Assembly: GCA_964410015.1 (NCBI GenBank)
Contig: CAYPFV010000001.1
Location: 13,306-77,305, forward strand
Length of the DNA: 64,000 nt
Source of the DNA: an uncultured Bacteroidales bacterium
GTDB lineage: Bacteria > Bacteroidota > Bacteroidia > Bacteroidales > UBA7960
Direction: 5' to 3'
Position 1 is the first letter of the stretch; each line of letters begins with the position of its first letter. Shown piece by piece: positions 30,047 through 39,632 of the stretch. A model generated the notes under the pieces. That model was not told the origin of the DNA. It saw only the letters and a list, made by a program, of their open reading frames with translations, and did no database searches. Position numbers and translations under genes: made by a program.

Positions 30047-31633
30047 TTACTGAATTCTGAATACCATTGGCGGTAAATTACGCTCTCTGCCATCATCACC
30101 AACAGCTTTTATATTTTCAAAAGTGAATCGTTGTCCCCTGTTAGATCTTCTGATAGCTTGTTCCATTTCTTCGGTTTGAAGGTTGGAACCTGATCTCCAT
30201 TCTTCAAAATCTCCGGCAACGGTTGTATTCATAGTGAAACTTGTAATCTTGAAATCCATTTTAAAGTCGAAATCCTGCATCCTGGGTATAATGGGTTGTC
30301 CGGCAAGTACATCTTTTGGGATATTGCCTTCCTTTTGCCCGGCAATTTCCGGGTAAGGATCGGGTACAACACGAACTCTGAAGGTAGAAGAACCCATATT
30401 CCTTCGTTCGTCATCCATCCTGGCATATAGGGTGATGGTTACGTTTTCATTGATGTTATGGTTTTGACTCAACCTAACGTTGTAACCACCGCCGGGTTTA
30501 GGTATCAATCTGTTTCCTGCTCCACTTATTTGGGGTTCGATACTTTCACTGGGTATACCAGGCACAGAAACAGAGACGGGGTTATCGACCCCCATATAAA
30601 ATACATTCATTGCATCTGCACTTACAGTTGCAGAGGGCCGCTGTACAATAAAATCACCCTCGAAGGGATAGGTGTTTACCCCGGCAGGACCTAAAACACT
30701 TACTTCTCCGCTATAAGTCTGAAGACCTTCTGAATTGGCCGGAATCCGAAGTTTCCCATCTTCAACTTCACGACCATTGATTGTTACAGTAGGTTTTTGT
30801 TTTGAATCGAAGGCTGCTACAATCACTTCTGCCTCAAAATAATCACCCAATAAAACCAATCTGCTTTCGGGTATTACAGCTGCATTGATGGTATCAAAAG
30901 TAAAATCTTCTGCAGTAATAGCAGCATACAAAAGATTTACCACATCAAATTCAGCATTTTTTACTTCCGTAACCATACGGGTAAGGTTGGTAGCAGCCGC
31001 AACTGGTATCTGATGATCAAACATTGCAGTTTGCCAGTTTACTTCTACCCCGTTTTTATCATAAAACGGACCTTCCGTATCCAATCCCAATTGTATATTA
31101 TCTCTAAACAGATCAGGAGTTCTTTCGCGCACTGCTTCCTTATATTCTTCAATCATTTGCTTCAGTTCGAATGCTCTGGTTCCTTCAGTACCGGGGTTAG
31201 CAACAGGACCCGTTCCTTCTATCGGAGTAAGCATCCAAAATGCAGTAGCAGCACTGTAATTATCTTTGGCTGCAAGGTTTATCAGATTCAGCGTATCTGC
31301 TTCCTGTTTAGACAAACCGTCAACAAAAGCAATCATTTCTGAACGGGAATCAAGAATATATTGCACCAACTCTTCTGAATACTCTTTCACCTCCTGAGCC
31401 TGTGTATAAAAAGGTTCGACCCTATTGGGAGCCAATGCTTTTTGCTTCTCAAAATCCTGATAAACCATTTCAACCTTTTGCCCGAAATTCCGGTTTGTTT
31501 GCTGTAACCCGTCGTCAACCATAATAAATGCATTCAGTACTTCTTTTGACACGTTTAATGCCAAAAGTGCTGTAAGAACCAGATACATCATTCCGATCAT
31601 TTTTTGTCTCGGGGTTTGCTTTCCTCCTGCCAT
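30047..31633 (-). CDS. gldM: T9SS/gliding motility protein GldM (PorM)
   Basis: The N-terminus MAGGKQTPRQKMIGMMYLVLTALLALNVSKEVLNAF is the characteristic GldM start. 528 aa, bitopic. Confidence 0.9.
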   Translation of the reverse strand: MAGGKQTPRQKMIGMMYLVLTALLALNVSKEVLNAFIMVDDGLQQTNRNFGQKVEMVYQDFEKQKALAPNRVEPFYTQAQEVKEYSEELVQYILDSRSEMIAFVDGLSKQEADTLNLINLAAKDNYSAATAFWMLTPIEGTGPVANPGTEGTRAFELKQMIEEYKEAVRERTPDLFRDNIQLGLDTEGPFYDKNGVEVNWQTAMFDHQIPVAAATNLTRMVTEVKNAEFDVVNLLYAAITAEDFTFDTINAAVIPESRLVLLGDYFEAEVIVAAFDSKQKPTVTINGREVEDGKLRIPANSEGLQTYSGEVSVLGPAGVNTYPFEGDFIVQRPSATVSADAMNVFYMGVDNPVSVSVPGIPSESIEPQISGAGNRLIPKPGGGYNVRLSQNHNINENVTITLYARMDDERRNMGSSTFRVRVVPDPYPEIAGQKEGNIPKDVLAGQPIIPRMQDFDFKMDFKITSFTMNTTVAGDFEEWRSGSNLQTEEMEQAIRRSNRGQRFTFENIKAVGDDGRERNLPPMVFRIQ

Positions 31634-31700
31634 ATTAAATGAGTAATATTGTGGGTGTTGTTAAATTTTAATCTGCTTTTTTATAATATTTAAAAATCTA

Positions 31701-31718
31701 TCCCCCAGAAAAGGGGGA
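31701..31718 (-). other. GC hairpin in the gldL-gldM intergenic spacer
   Basis: tccccc agaaaa ggggga forms a 6-bp G/C stem with a 6-nt loop. It sits 17 nt downstream of the gldL stop within the presumed operon. On the minus strand it is followed by an A/T-rich tract, not a clean U-run. Confidence 0.4.
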
Positions 31719-31734
31719 CTTGATCTATATTTTT

Positions 31735-32820
31735 TTACTTTCCACCGTTAAAATTCATAGCAGTGAGCATATTGCCATACACACTGTTGAGTGAAGCAAT
31801 ATTTTTGGTAAGGGCAGTCATCTGCTCTTTATATTCCTGTGTAGTTCCTACTGTTTGGTTCAGATTTTCTACAAGTTTGCTTACAGATTCCTGCATTTTT
31901 TCGGTATTTTGGAATTGTGCATCAGATGCCTGTAATTGCAACTCATATACCGCATTGAGTGCTTCAAGATTCTGAGAGGTTTTCTGCAGTTGATCTGTGT
32001 ATTGCGATCCTTGCTTTGCACTATTCTCAAGTGCTTCAACAGTTTTTACCAACAACTCAGAGCTTCTTCCATAGTTAGATACCAATTCGCTGGTATATCC
32101 GGTAAGGTTGAGCAAACTATCATTATACTGTTTGGCAGCACCGAGGTTTTCTTTCATCTGACCCGCTGTTTCCTTATAATTAACGTTGAGTTCATCCAGA
32201 GATTCTTTGGCATTTCTCATACTTCCGGCAAACTCTTCTGAAAGACTGATATCGTGTTTGAGGTACTCGTTAGTATTTTTATAAGATTGACTGAGCTCAA
32301 GAACAGACCTGGATGCAGCTTCCATATTTTTAATATAGTTTTCTGTTGCCAATGCAGCGTTTGATATATCAGCCAATTTAGAAGCATTTTCGGTAAGATT
32401 TTTTAATCCTGCACCGAGATTTTCAATCAGTTCAGGCCCGATATTGGCTTCTTCAAGCATTTTATCTAAATTGGTTGAAAGCGTTATACTTTGCACATTA
32501 TTGGTCGTGGCTGCTGGTAGATTTTTATTTCTGCGACCTGCTTTTTCCGGCAATTCAGGGTTTGCTTCTTCATCTAATTCATCAGTATCAATGCCTGCCA
32601 GCTCAGGGTAAACCAGGGTCCAGTCTGGTTCTTCATGAGGTTTTTCAAATGCAGAAACGAAGAAAATAAGTGCTTCAACACCTAGACCAATAGTGAGCAT
32701 TACGCCTGCTCCAGGCCAGTGCTGAATTTTAAACAATGCGCCAACAATCACTACTGCTGCACCCCAGCCGTAGAGTTTAGACATGAAATTTTTAAACGCT
32801 TTGGATTCCAGCCACTTCAT
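31735..32820 (-). CDS. gldL: T9SS/gliding motility protein GldL (PorL)
   Basis: YGWGAAVVIVGALFKIQHW...GLGVEALIFFVSAFE...PDWTLVYPELAG matches the conserved two-TM N-terminus of GldL. 361 aa. Confidence 0.9.
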   Translation of the reverse strand: MKWLESKAFKNFMSKLYGWGAAVVIVGALFKIQHWPGAGVMLTIGLGVEALIFFVSAFEKPHEEPDWTLVYPELAGIDTDELDEEANPELPEKAGRRNKNLPAATTNNVQSITLSTNLDKMLEEANIGPELIENLGAGLKNLTENASKLADISNAALATENYIKNMEAASRSVLELSQSYKNTNEYLKHDISLSEEFAGSMRNAKESLDELNVNYKETAGQMKENLGAAKQYNDSLLNLTGYTSELVSNYGRSSELLVKTVEALENSAKQGSQYTDQLQKTSQNLEALNAVYELQLQASDAQFQNTEKMQESVSKLVENLNQTVGTTQEYKEQMTALTKNIASLNSVYGNMLTAMNFNGGK

Positions 32821-32937
32821 AAATTATAAATTAAAGAGAAATTACTATTTTTCAAAAAGGAAATATTTAACAATTATCAGATATTGCTATAAAAACAAAA
32901 CAGATAAAAGAATAATTTATTACTTAAACAGTTTTTT

Positions 32938-34236
32938 TTAATAAACATTAGATGCACCACTTCCATCAACACGGTCACGTCCGGGATAAGTTTGAACACA
33001 TCTGAAACCGATATAGGATTTTGCTGAATCCTGATATTCGTAATTACGTGTTCCAACCTGCAACATAAAGCCAACATCTTTCCACGAACCACCACGTATT
33101 GCTTTTCTTTTCAGGGTGATAGGGTCGTCTGGTTTTGCTTCATAGTGGTAATGCATGTTCATATCATGTCCAAAATTGTAAAGAGATTCATCAAAAGCAT
33201 TGATGGTCCATTCAGCAACATTACCAGACATATCATATAAACCATAATCATTTGGCGGGTAGTGTCCTACGATTACGGTTTGGAATCCACCGTCGTCTAC
33301 ATAATTACCTCTGAGGGGTTTAAAATTGGCAAGAAAACAACCGTCAATATTTCTGGTATATGGTCCTCCCCATGGATAAGGGTTGAGATCAAGACCTCCC
33401 CTGGCGGCATATTCCCATTCTGCTTCTGTGGGCAATCTGAATTCCTGGGCAAAAGGACGCCTTTGGGATGCGAGATAGCTATTCAGAAAATTGGTTCTCC
33501 AGATGGTAAAGGCACGTGCCTGTAACCAGTTTACGCCTACTACAGGATAATGGTCGTACGTAGGGTGCCAGAAGTATTGCTGAGTCATGGGTTCATTATA
33601 TGCATAGCTGAAATCGTGAATCCATGCAAGTGTATCAGGATATACATGTGTTTCATATTCTACAACGAACTCGTTGCGGGGGGTATCTCTTTCAGATTTT
33701 TTAGCAGCCCGGTTGATGTCAATAATATGATACCGGTAAATTAATTTTCTGGTGTCAATTTCCCGGCGACGGAAAAATCTTTCATGCTCAGGAAGAAACA
33801 ACTCACTGAGAATGTCTCTTTCTTCCTCACCGTCCCAGTTGATATCGTATCTCCAGTTGATAAGAGGGGGATCTATATCCATACCAAATTCATCGGTCAA
33901 GATGAGGTGTTCTTCGTCTATATCTGCCAAAAGCATATGAGCCAAAGAATCTCTTACCCAATGCACAAACTGTCTGTACTGGTTATTGGTAATTTCTGTT
34001 TCATCCATATAAAATGCAGGTAGTGAAACAGTTTTACTTGTCGCATTTTGTGAATAAGCGATATCTTCATCTGAGGGACCCATGTTGAAGCTTCCCATGG
34101 GTATGTAAACCATACCGGGAGGATCAGCATAAAACCCGTCAGGGCGATTTTGCACACCAGTGAGATGACCGCTGCCTGAACGATCACAACTGGCAAAAAT
34201 GATAACTAACGATGCAATAAACATTAACCTTTTCAT
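32938..34236 (-). CDS. gldK: T9SS/gliding motility lipoprotein GldK (PorK), FGE-sulfatase fold
   Basis: Start chosen at MKRLMFIASLVIIFASCD (lipobox); the ORF track begins 8 codons earlier. FGE-sulfatase family motifs are present (RLPTEAEWEYAARGG, YDMSGNVAEW, RGGSWKD). Confidence 0.9.
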   Translation of the reverse strand: MKRLMFIASLVIIFASCDRSGSGHLTGVQNRPDGFYADPPGMVYIPMGSFNMGPSDEDIAYSQNATSKTVSLPAFYMDETEITNNQYRQFVHWVRDSLAHMLLADIDEEHLILTDEFGMDIDPPLINWRYDINWDGEEERDILSELFLPEHERFFRRREIDTRKLIYRYHIIDINRAAKKSERDTPRNEFVVEYETHVYPDTLAWIHDFSYAYNEPMTQQYFWHPTYDHYPVVGVNWLQARAFTIWRTNFLNSYLASQRRPFAQEFRLPTEAEWEYAARGGLDLNPYPWGGPYTRNIDGCFLANFKPLRGNYVDDGGFQTVIVGHYPPNDYGLYDMSGNVAEWTINAFDESLYNFGHDMNMHYHYEAKPDDPITLKRKAIRGGSWKDVGFMLQVGTRNYEYQDSAKSYIGFRCVQTYPGRDRVDGSGASNVY

Positions 34237-34340
34237 GTTAACTCCTGATTTTATGACCACTATTATTTTTATTACTCTGATTTGATACTTATTTTAACGA
34301 ACTGTCTTAGATTAGGTTTCACAAAAAAATATTTGAGAAA

Positions 34341-35303
34341 TTATAAAAATCTGACATTCCTGTTTATTTCATTTATTCTTTCAATATCCAATTCAAAACA
34401 ATATTGAACCATTATTTCATGACTCCCGAAACTCCGACCATTCCTGCCTAAAGGAGTTGTAGAAATATCATAGGAATATCCAATACGGATTTGCTCGATA
34501 TTCAACCCCAAAAATACAGCTATTGCGTCCTGAATTCTGTAACTAACGCCACCCCATACTTTGTTATTGTAAGTAACCAATGTATTAAAATCGCTTTGAA
34601 AAGAGGCAAAATCTGTTTTGAATAGAAATGATGGCGACAACATAAGATTGTTGTTTCCAGGTAACGGGTAATTATAACCCCCACTCAGGTAAAATTGTCT
34701 TTTTAACTGAAAATCTGCGTTGGCAATTTCTCGTGTAGGTTGCGCAAACTGATTTATAGAAAGACCTGCCCAAAAGACTTCGCTTGTATAAAACCCTCCC
34801 AGGGAAAAATCGATGAACATCCGGGATTCTTCCTCACTTCCACTAAGTGCCGGATCACCTTCGTTGAGTGGATTGAAACCAGAGAAATCAATTCTTTTGT
34901 CGATAAATCCAATTTGACCACCCAACCCTAATCTACCTTCTTCTAAGTCAAGATGATATGAATATGCTAGTTGAACACCAAGTGCTGTTTCAAATCCCAA
35001 CTGATCTTGCAGAAAAGATAAGCCCAAACCACCTCTTATTAAATTTATGGGAGCATCTACAGAAAAACTATAGGTTTCAGGGTTTAAACTCTGGTCTTCC
35101 TCATCAGCAAATCCAACCCATTGCTGGCGGACAAGTGCCGTTGCACAAATGGCTGGTCGTAAACCTGCATAACCCGGATTAAATGCCATAGTATTAAACA
35201 TATTATGACTAAATTGTGCATCCTGTTGTGCCCATCCATTATCAGTGTAATAAACAAAAATGAATGCTAGTATAATGGAGATGTTGATTGACCTGAACCT
35301 CAT
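34341..35303 (-). CDS. porP: T9SS membrane protein PorP/SprF family
   Basis: 320 aa. After the signal peptide comes QQDAQFSHNMFNTMAFNPGYAGL, the typical PorP/SprF N-terminal motif. The rest is beta-barrel-like. The gene sits directly upstream of gldK, as in porP-porKLMN clusters. Confidence 0.85.
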   Translation of the reverse strand: MRFRSINISIILAFIFVYYTDNGWAQQDAQFSHNMFNTMAFNPGYAGLRPAICATALVRQQWVGFADEEDQSLNPETYSFSVDAPINLIRGGLGLSFLQDQLGFETALGVQLAYSYHLDLEEGRLGLGGQIGFIDKRIDFSGFNPLNEGDPALSGSEEESRMFIDFSLGGFYTSEVFWAGLSINQFAQPTREIANADFQLKRQFYLSGGYNYPLPGNNNLMLSPSFLFKTDFASFQSDFNTLVTYNNKVWGGVSYRIQDAIAVFLGLNIEQIRIGYSYDISTTPLGRNGRSFGSHEIMVQYCFELDIERINEINRNVRFL

Positions 35304-35756
35304 ATTTTGGCTTTATTGTTTACCACTTTTTCCATAACGCAAATGTTTGGAAAAAATTGAATGCTTTTTTGGATTTCAATCTTAAGAAGACCTTAAAATT
35401 TTGAAGCCGGTAAAATTACAATAATTTTTTATCAACAGGGCATTGTTAATAATTTTCGGGATCAAGAATTCAAAGAACTATTTGCTTTTCAATTTGTTAT
35501 ATAACTAAAAACATCACTTTCATGATTACAAATATACAGAGTTGTTTTCATAATAATATCCGTAATTCTACTCGTTTTGGAGCCGAAGAAATAACAGGCG
35601 GAATTTTCCTGTTTTATGCAACTAAAAGTACAATTTTTCAATGAAAACAAGGATTGATAATCCACAAAAACACACTTTGTTTTAGCAGTAAATTGATATT
35701 TGTTAGATAAAAAGGGTAAAAGTATAAACTGAAGGATAGAAAAGTACTATTATAAA

Positions 35757-36938
35757 TTACAAAAATTTTTGGTAAACCTGCCACCATTTTTCAGGCAATT
35801 CCTCCTGACAGGCGTCCTGGTAGTCTTTGTAGGAACAAGGAACCAGAAATTGCCGCTCGTATTTTGAGTGTAAACCCTGAAAAGGGACTTCCATCCACCA
35901 ACGGTCGCTGGCCTTGCTTTTATAAAAAATAATTTCATTTTTAAACTCTTTCATGGGCACTACATATTTCATATAGGACCCGGAGTCTTTTCTTTTGCGA
36001 TCCGGGAAATCATTTTTCCGGTTGTAAAAGCCATCAATAAAGTACCAGATCATTTGTGCTACCAGATGTGCTGTTTGCTCACCATTGTCAAAAGCAGGAT
36101 TGAGCTCGTAGAAACCCAAAGATGATAATTTATCGCTTAATCCGGCATACCGGGCAATCTGGCAAGCTTCTTCTCCATAAAAGCCATTGGGCGATGCATT
36201 TGCGTTACCCGGAGCATCTGACTGCCTGATGCTACTTACATCGAAACTAAGCAAATCTGCATTTCGTACAATTGGCTCAACCTCCTCAAGGTTATTTCTA
36301 ACTATCCCTAATCTGTGCACATCAAAATAGAGCTTTTGCATCAACTCAATGGCATCCTGGTCAACAAAATAGGTTTGATAACCAATATTGGTATAGTTGA
36401 AAAGAAAATTGGGCTGATGGGTTAATATTTTATTGAGAAAATTATGATTACTGATTTTTTCCTGATTCAATCCAAGATCAAAAGCGGAATCAATGGAAAC
36501 GATATTGATGATCTGACCAAGAGATTCATAAGCCCTGTAATTGGCATAGGTAAGATCCTGAGAACCTCCCATGATTATGGGAACTATTTTATTCTGCAAT
36601 AGTTCTGACAACACGGTTTTCAGGGCAAAGTAGGTATCTTCAACCGTTTCACCTTTTTTTATATTGCCAAGATCAATAATATTGGTTTTGAAAGGGCCCT
36701 GAAAAAGATTGTACAGGTACTTTCTTATATAATCTGGTGCAAAAGCAGTACCTTCATTATTGGGGGCATTACGGTCTTCTTTGATACCCAGAAGAGCAAT
36801 ATCTGCATGGTTTGCATCCGGGAAGTGATTGTCTTTTAAATAACTTCTGATGATATTTCCCAGAAGCAGAGGATGTGATTTATGGGAAACAGTTAGTTTT
36901 TGAGTTTCTACCGGTACGAAGAAATCGGCAATTTCCAT
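35757..36938 (-). CDS. Arginase/formiminoglutamase-fold protein with apparently degenerate metal-binding motifs
   Basis: 393 aa. The three ureohydrolase motif positions are recognisable but altered: GGSQD in place of GGDHS, DSAFD in place of DAHxD, and SFDVSS in place of SxDxD. The gene starts 14 nt after the topA stop. Confidence 0.6.
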   Translation of the reverse strand: MEIADFFVPVETQKLTVSHKSHPLLLGNIIRSYLKDNHFPDANHADIALLGIKEDRNAPNNEGTAFAPDYIRKYLYNLFQGPFKTNIIDLGNIKKGETVEDTYFALKTVLSELLQNKIVPIIMGGSQDLTYANYRAYESLGQIINIVSIDSAFDLGLNQEKISNHNFLNKILTHQPNFLFNYTNIGYQTYFVDQDAIELMQKLYFDVHRLGIVRNNLEEVEPIVRNADLLSFDVSSIRQSDAPGNANASPNGFYGEEACQIARYAGLSDKLSSLGFYELNPAFDNGEQTAHLVAQMIWYFIDGFYNRKNDFPDRKRKDSGSYMKYVVPMKEFKNEIIFYKSKASDRWWMEVPFQGLHSKYERQFLVPCSYKDYQDACQEELPEKWWQVYQKFL

Positions 36939-36952
36939 GTTGAGTCAAAAAA

Positions 36953-39289
36953 TTATGTTTTTTTTCTGGGTTTTACTGTTTTCTTCGTTGTACGTGTTTT
37001 TTTTGTTGAGGTTCCCTGTTCTGCAATTTTTAAGCACTCTTCAAGTGTAAAATCTTGTGGGTCTTTATCTTTGGGGAGTTTATAATTTTTGCCATCGATG
37101 GTCAGGTAAGGTCCCCATCTTCCTTTGAGAATCTTTACTTTATCATTCCATTCTCTGATAATCTTCTGTTTGTCTTTTTCTCTTTTTGCTTCTATGATTT
37201 CAATACTTTTGTCTTGTTCAACTGTCAGCGGATCCTCCTCTTTTGGCAAAGAATAAAATTTACCATCATGCCTGATGTAAGGTCCAAATCTGCCTGATGA
37301 AGCAACTATTTCTTTATCTTCATACATACCCACCTTGCGGGGAAGTTTAAATAGATCGAGTGCCTGTTCCAGAGTAATACTTTCAAGACTCAGGTCTTTT
37401 CTCAAACCAGCAAACTTTGGTTTTTCTTCATCTTCAGCACTACCAATCTGCACCATAGGACCGAATCTGCCGATACGTGCCACAACATCTTTACCTGATT
37501 TAGGGTCTTTGCCCAAAACCCGTTCTCCACTAAATTTTTCTGCTGTTTGCAGGGTTTCGTCAACTTTATCATGAAACGGATAATAGAACTCGTGCAAAAC
37601 TTTTGTCCACTGTTTCAGTCCCTGGGCAATTTCGTCAAATTCTTTTTCTACACTAGCAGTAAAATTATAGTCCATGATCTCTTTAAAATACTCCATCAGG
37701 AAATTATTGACCACAATACCAATATCTGTCGGGAAGAGTTTATTTTTTTCGGCACCGGTGATCTCCGATTTTTGGGAAGTTTCAATTTTTCCGTTTTTCA
37801 ATAGCAAATAATCATACATCCGTTTTTCACCTTCACGATTTTCTTTCACCACATATTCTCTTTTCTGAATAACTGAAATGGTAGGTGCATAAGTTGAAGG
37901 ACGTCCAATACCCAACTCTTCGAGTTTTTTCACCAAACTGGCTTCTGTATAACGCGGTGGGTGTTTTGAGAAACGTTCCTGAGCCACCATTTCATCCAAA
38001 TCAAGTTGCTGATTTATCTCTAATGGAGGCAAAATTCCTTTCTGCACTTCATCATCCTCATCGTCAGTGGATTCAAGGTATACCTTCAGAAAACCATCAA
38101 ATTTGAGTACTTCACCGGATGCTATGAGTTTTTCGCTGGTGGTGGAGATGCCGATAGAAATATTTGTTTTTTCCAGCAGTGCTTCGCTCATCTGAGAAGC
38201 AATGGTTCTTTTCCATATGAGTTCGTAAAGTTTTTGCTCGGATGCATCTGATCCGGCATTTTCAACATTCATGTATGTAGGACGTATGGCTTCATGTGCC
38301 TCTTGTGCTCCTTTTGATTTGGTGGAAAACTTGCGGGTTTTCAGGTATTCTTTTCCATAGTTTTTTAAGATCACCTCTTTTGCCATTTTTAGGGCTGTGT
38401 CAGAAAGACTAACCGAATCGGTTCGCATATAGGTAATCTTACCTGATTCGTATAATTTCTGAGCAAGCAGCATAGTGCGTGAAACAGAGAATCCTAATTT
38501 ACGACTGGCCTCCTGCTGAAGCGTTGAAGTAGTAAAAGGCGCTGCAGGAGATTTTTTGGCAGGTTTTGTCTCTATATTTTCTACGAAAAACGATGCTTCT
38601 TTACATTTTTCTAAAAATTCGAGTGCACTCTTTTTCTCGGCAAAACGTTTGGGAAGTTCTGCCTTTACCAACATTTTCTCCCCCTTATGAACAACGTTAA
38701 ATATGGCAGATAATCGAAAAGAATTAGAGGTTTTGAATTCCTGTATTTCTTTTTCTCTTTCTACAATTAATCTTACTGCTACTGATTGTACCCGCCCGGC
38801 CGATAAAGAAGGTTTTACTTTCTTCCACAAAAGTGGCGATAACTCAAAACCCACAAGGCGATCAAGCACACGTCTGGCTTGTTGGGCATCCACCAGGTTG
38901 ATATCAATGCTTCGGGGGTTGCTAATAGCATTTTGGATAGCAGATTTTGTAATCTCATGAAAAACAATACGTTTCGACTTTTTGGCATCTAATTTTAAAC
39001 TTTCTGACAAGTGCCACGAAATCGCTTCTCCTTCACGGTCTTCATCTGTGGCAAGCCAGATCACCTCAGCCTCTTTGGATAGTTTTTTCAACTCACTGAC
39101 AACATTTTTTTTATCGGGAGATATTTCATAAACAGGATTAAAATCGTTTTCGATCTCAACCCCAAGCTTTGACTTTGCGAGGTCACGTACATGTCCAAAA
39201 CTGGATTTTACCAAAAATTCTTTTCCTAAAAATCCTTCGATCGTTTTTGCTTTGGCAGGCGACTCAACAATCACTAAATTCTTTACCAT
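36953..39289 (-). CDS. topA: DNA topoisomerase I
   Basis: TOPRIM start MVKNLVIVESPAKAKTIEGFLG, active-site Tyr context ITYMRTDS, and three C-terminal GRFGP/GRWGPY repeats. Start set at 39289; the ORF-track start at 39370 adds 27 hydrophobic residues that do not belong to TopA. Confidence 0.95.
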   Translation of the reverse strand: MVKNLVIVESPAKAKTIEGFLGKEFLVKSSFGHVRDLAKSKLGVEIENDFNPVYEISPDKKNVVSELKKLSKEAEVIWLATDEDREGEAISWHLSESLKLDAKKSKRIVFHEITKSAIQNAISNPRSIDINLVDAQQARRVLDRLVGFELSPLLWKKVKPSLSAGRVQSVAVRLIVEREKEIQEFKTSNSFRLSAIFNVVHKGEKMLVKAELPKRFAEKKSALEFLEKCKEASFFVENIETKPAKKSPAAPFTTSTLQQEASRKLGFSVSRTMLLAQKLYESGKITYMRTDSVSLSDTALKMAKEVILKNYGKEYLKTRKFSTKSKGAQEAHEAIRPTYMNVENAGSDASEQKLYELIWKRTIASQMSEALLEKTNISIGISTTSEKLIASGEVLKFDGFLKVYLESTDDEDDEVQKGILPPLEINQQLDLDEMVAQERFSKHPPRYTEASLVKKLEELGIGRPSTYAPTISVIQKREYVVKENREGEKRMYDYLLLKNGKIETSQKSEITGAEKNKLFPTDIGIVVNNFLMEYFKEIMDYNFTASVEKEFDEIAQGLKQWTKVLHEFYYPFHDKVDETLQTAEKFSGERVLGKDPKSGKDVVARIGRFGPMVQIGSAEDEEKPKFAGLRKDLSLESITLEQALDLFKLPRKVGMYEDKEIVASSGRFGPYIRHDGKFYSLPKEEDPLTVEQDKSIEIIEAKREKDKQKIIREWNDKVKILKGRWGPYLTIDGKNYKLPKDKDPQDFTLEECLKIAEQGTSTKKTRTTKKTVKPRKKT

Positions 39290-39327
39290 ATCTATATGTT
39301 TGGTATTTGTTGTGGTGAAAATGGATA

Positions 39328-39335
39328 CAAAACTA
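39328..39335 (-). promoter_or_regulatory. Candidate -7 promoter motif TAGTTTTG for topA
   Basis: The reverse complement of caaaacta matches TAnnTTTG, about 40 nt upstream of the ATG at 39289. This supports the shorter topA start. Confidence 0.4.
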
Positions 39336-39632
39336 ATTATTAAAAATGAAAGATTCACAAGAACTTTCATCCGTACATAATTTTATGAAACAGATCAAAC
39401 GGAACTCCAAGTTTGTTGCTTTTTAGGATGTGTGCTTACCAATTCAATAATAAACACTTCATCCACATCACTTAAAGTTAGTAAAAATGAAGGAATGAGA
39501 AAAAGATAATGAAATTTAGGGTCAAAAGATACAACAAACTCTTGAGGCAAAGAATGTTTACTACACTTTTTCAATCAAGTGTTAGCAGGCAACCCGGAAG
39601 AAAGTTTTGAGTTCAAAATTATTTGAGTATAA

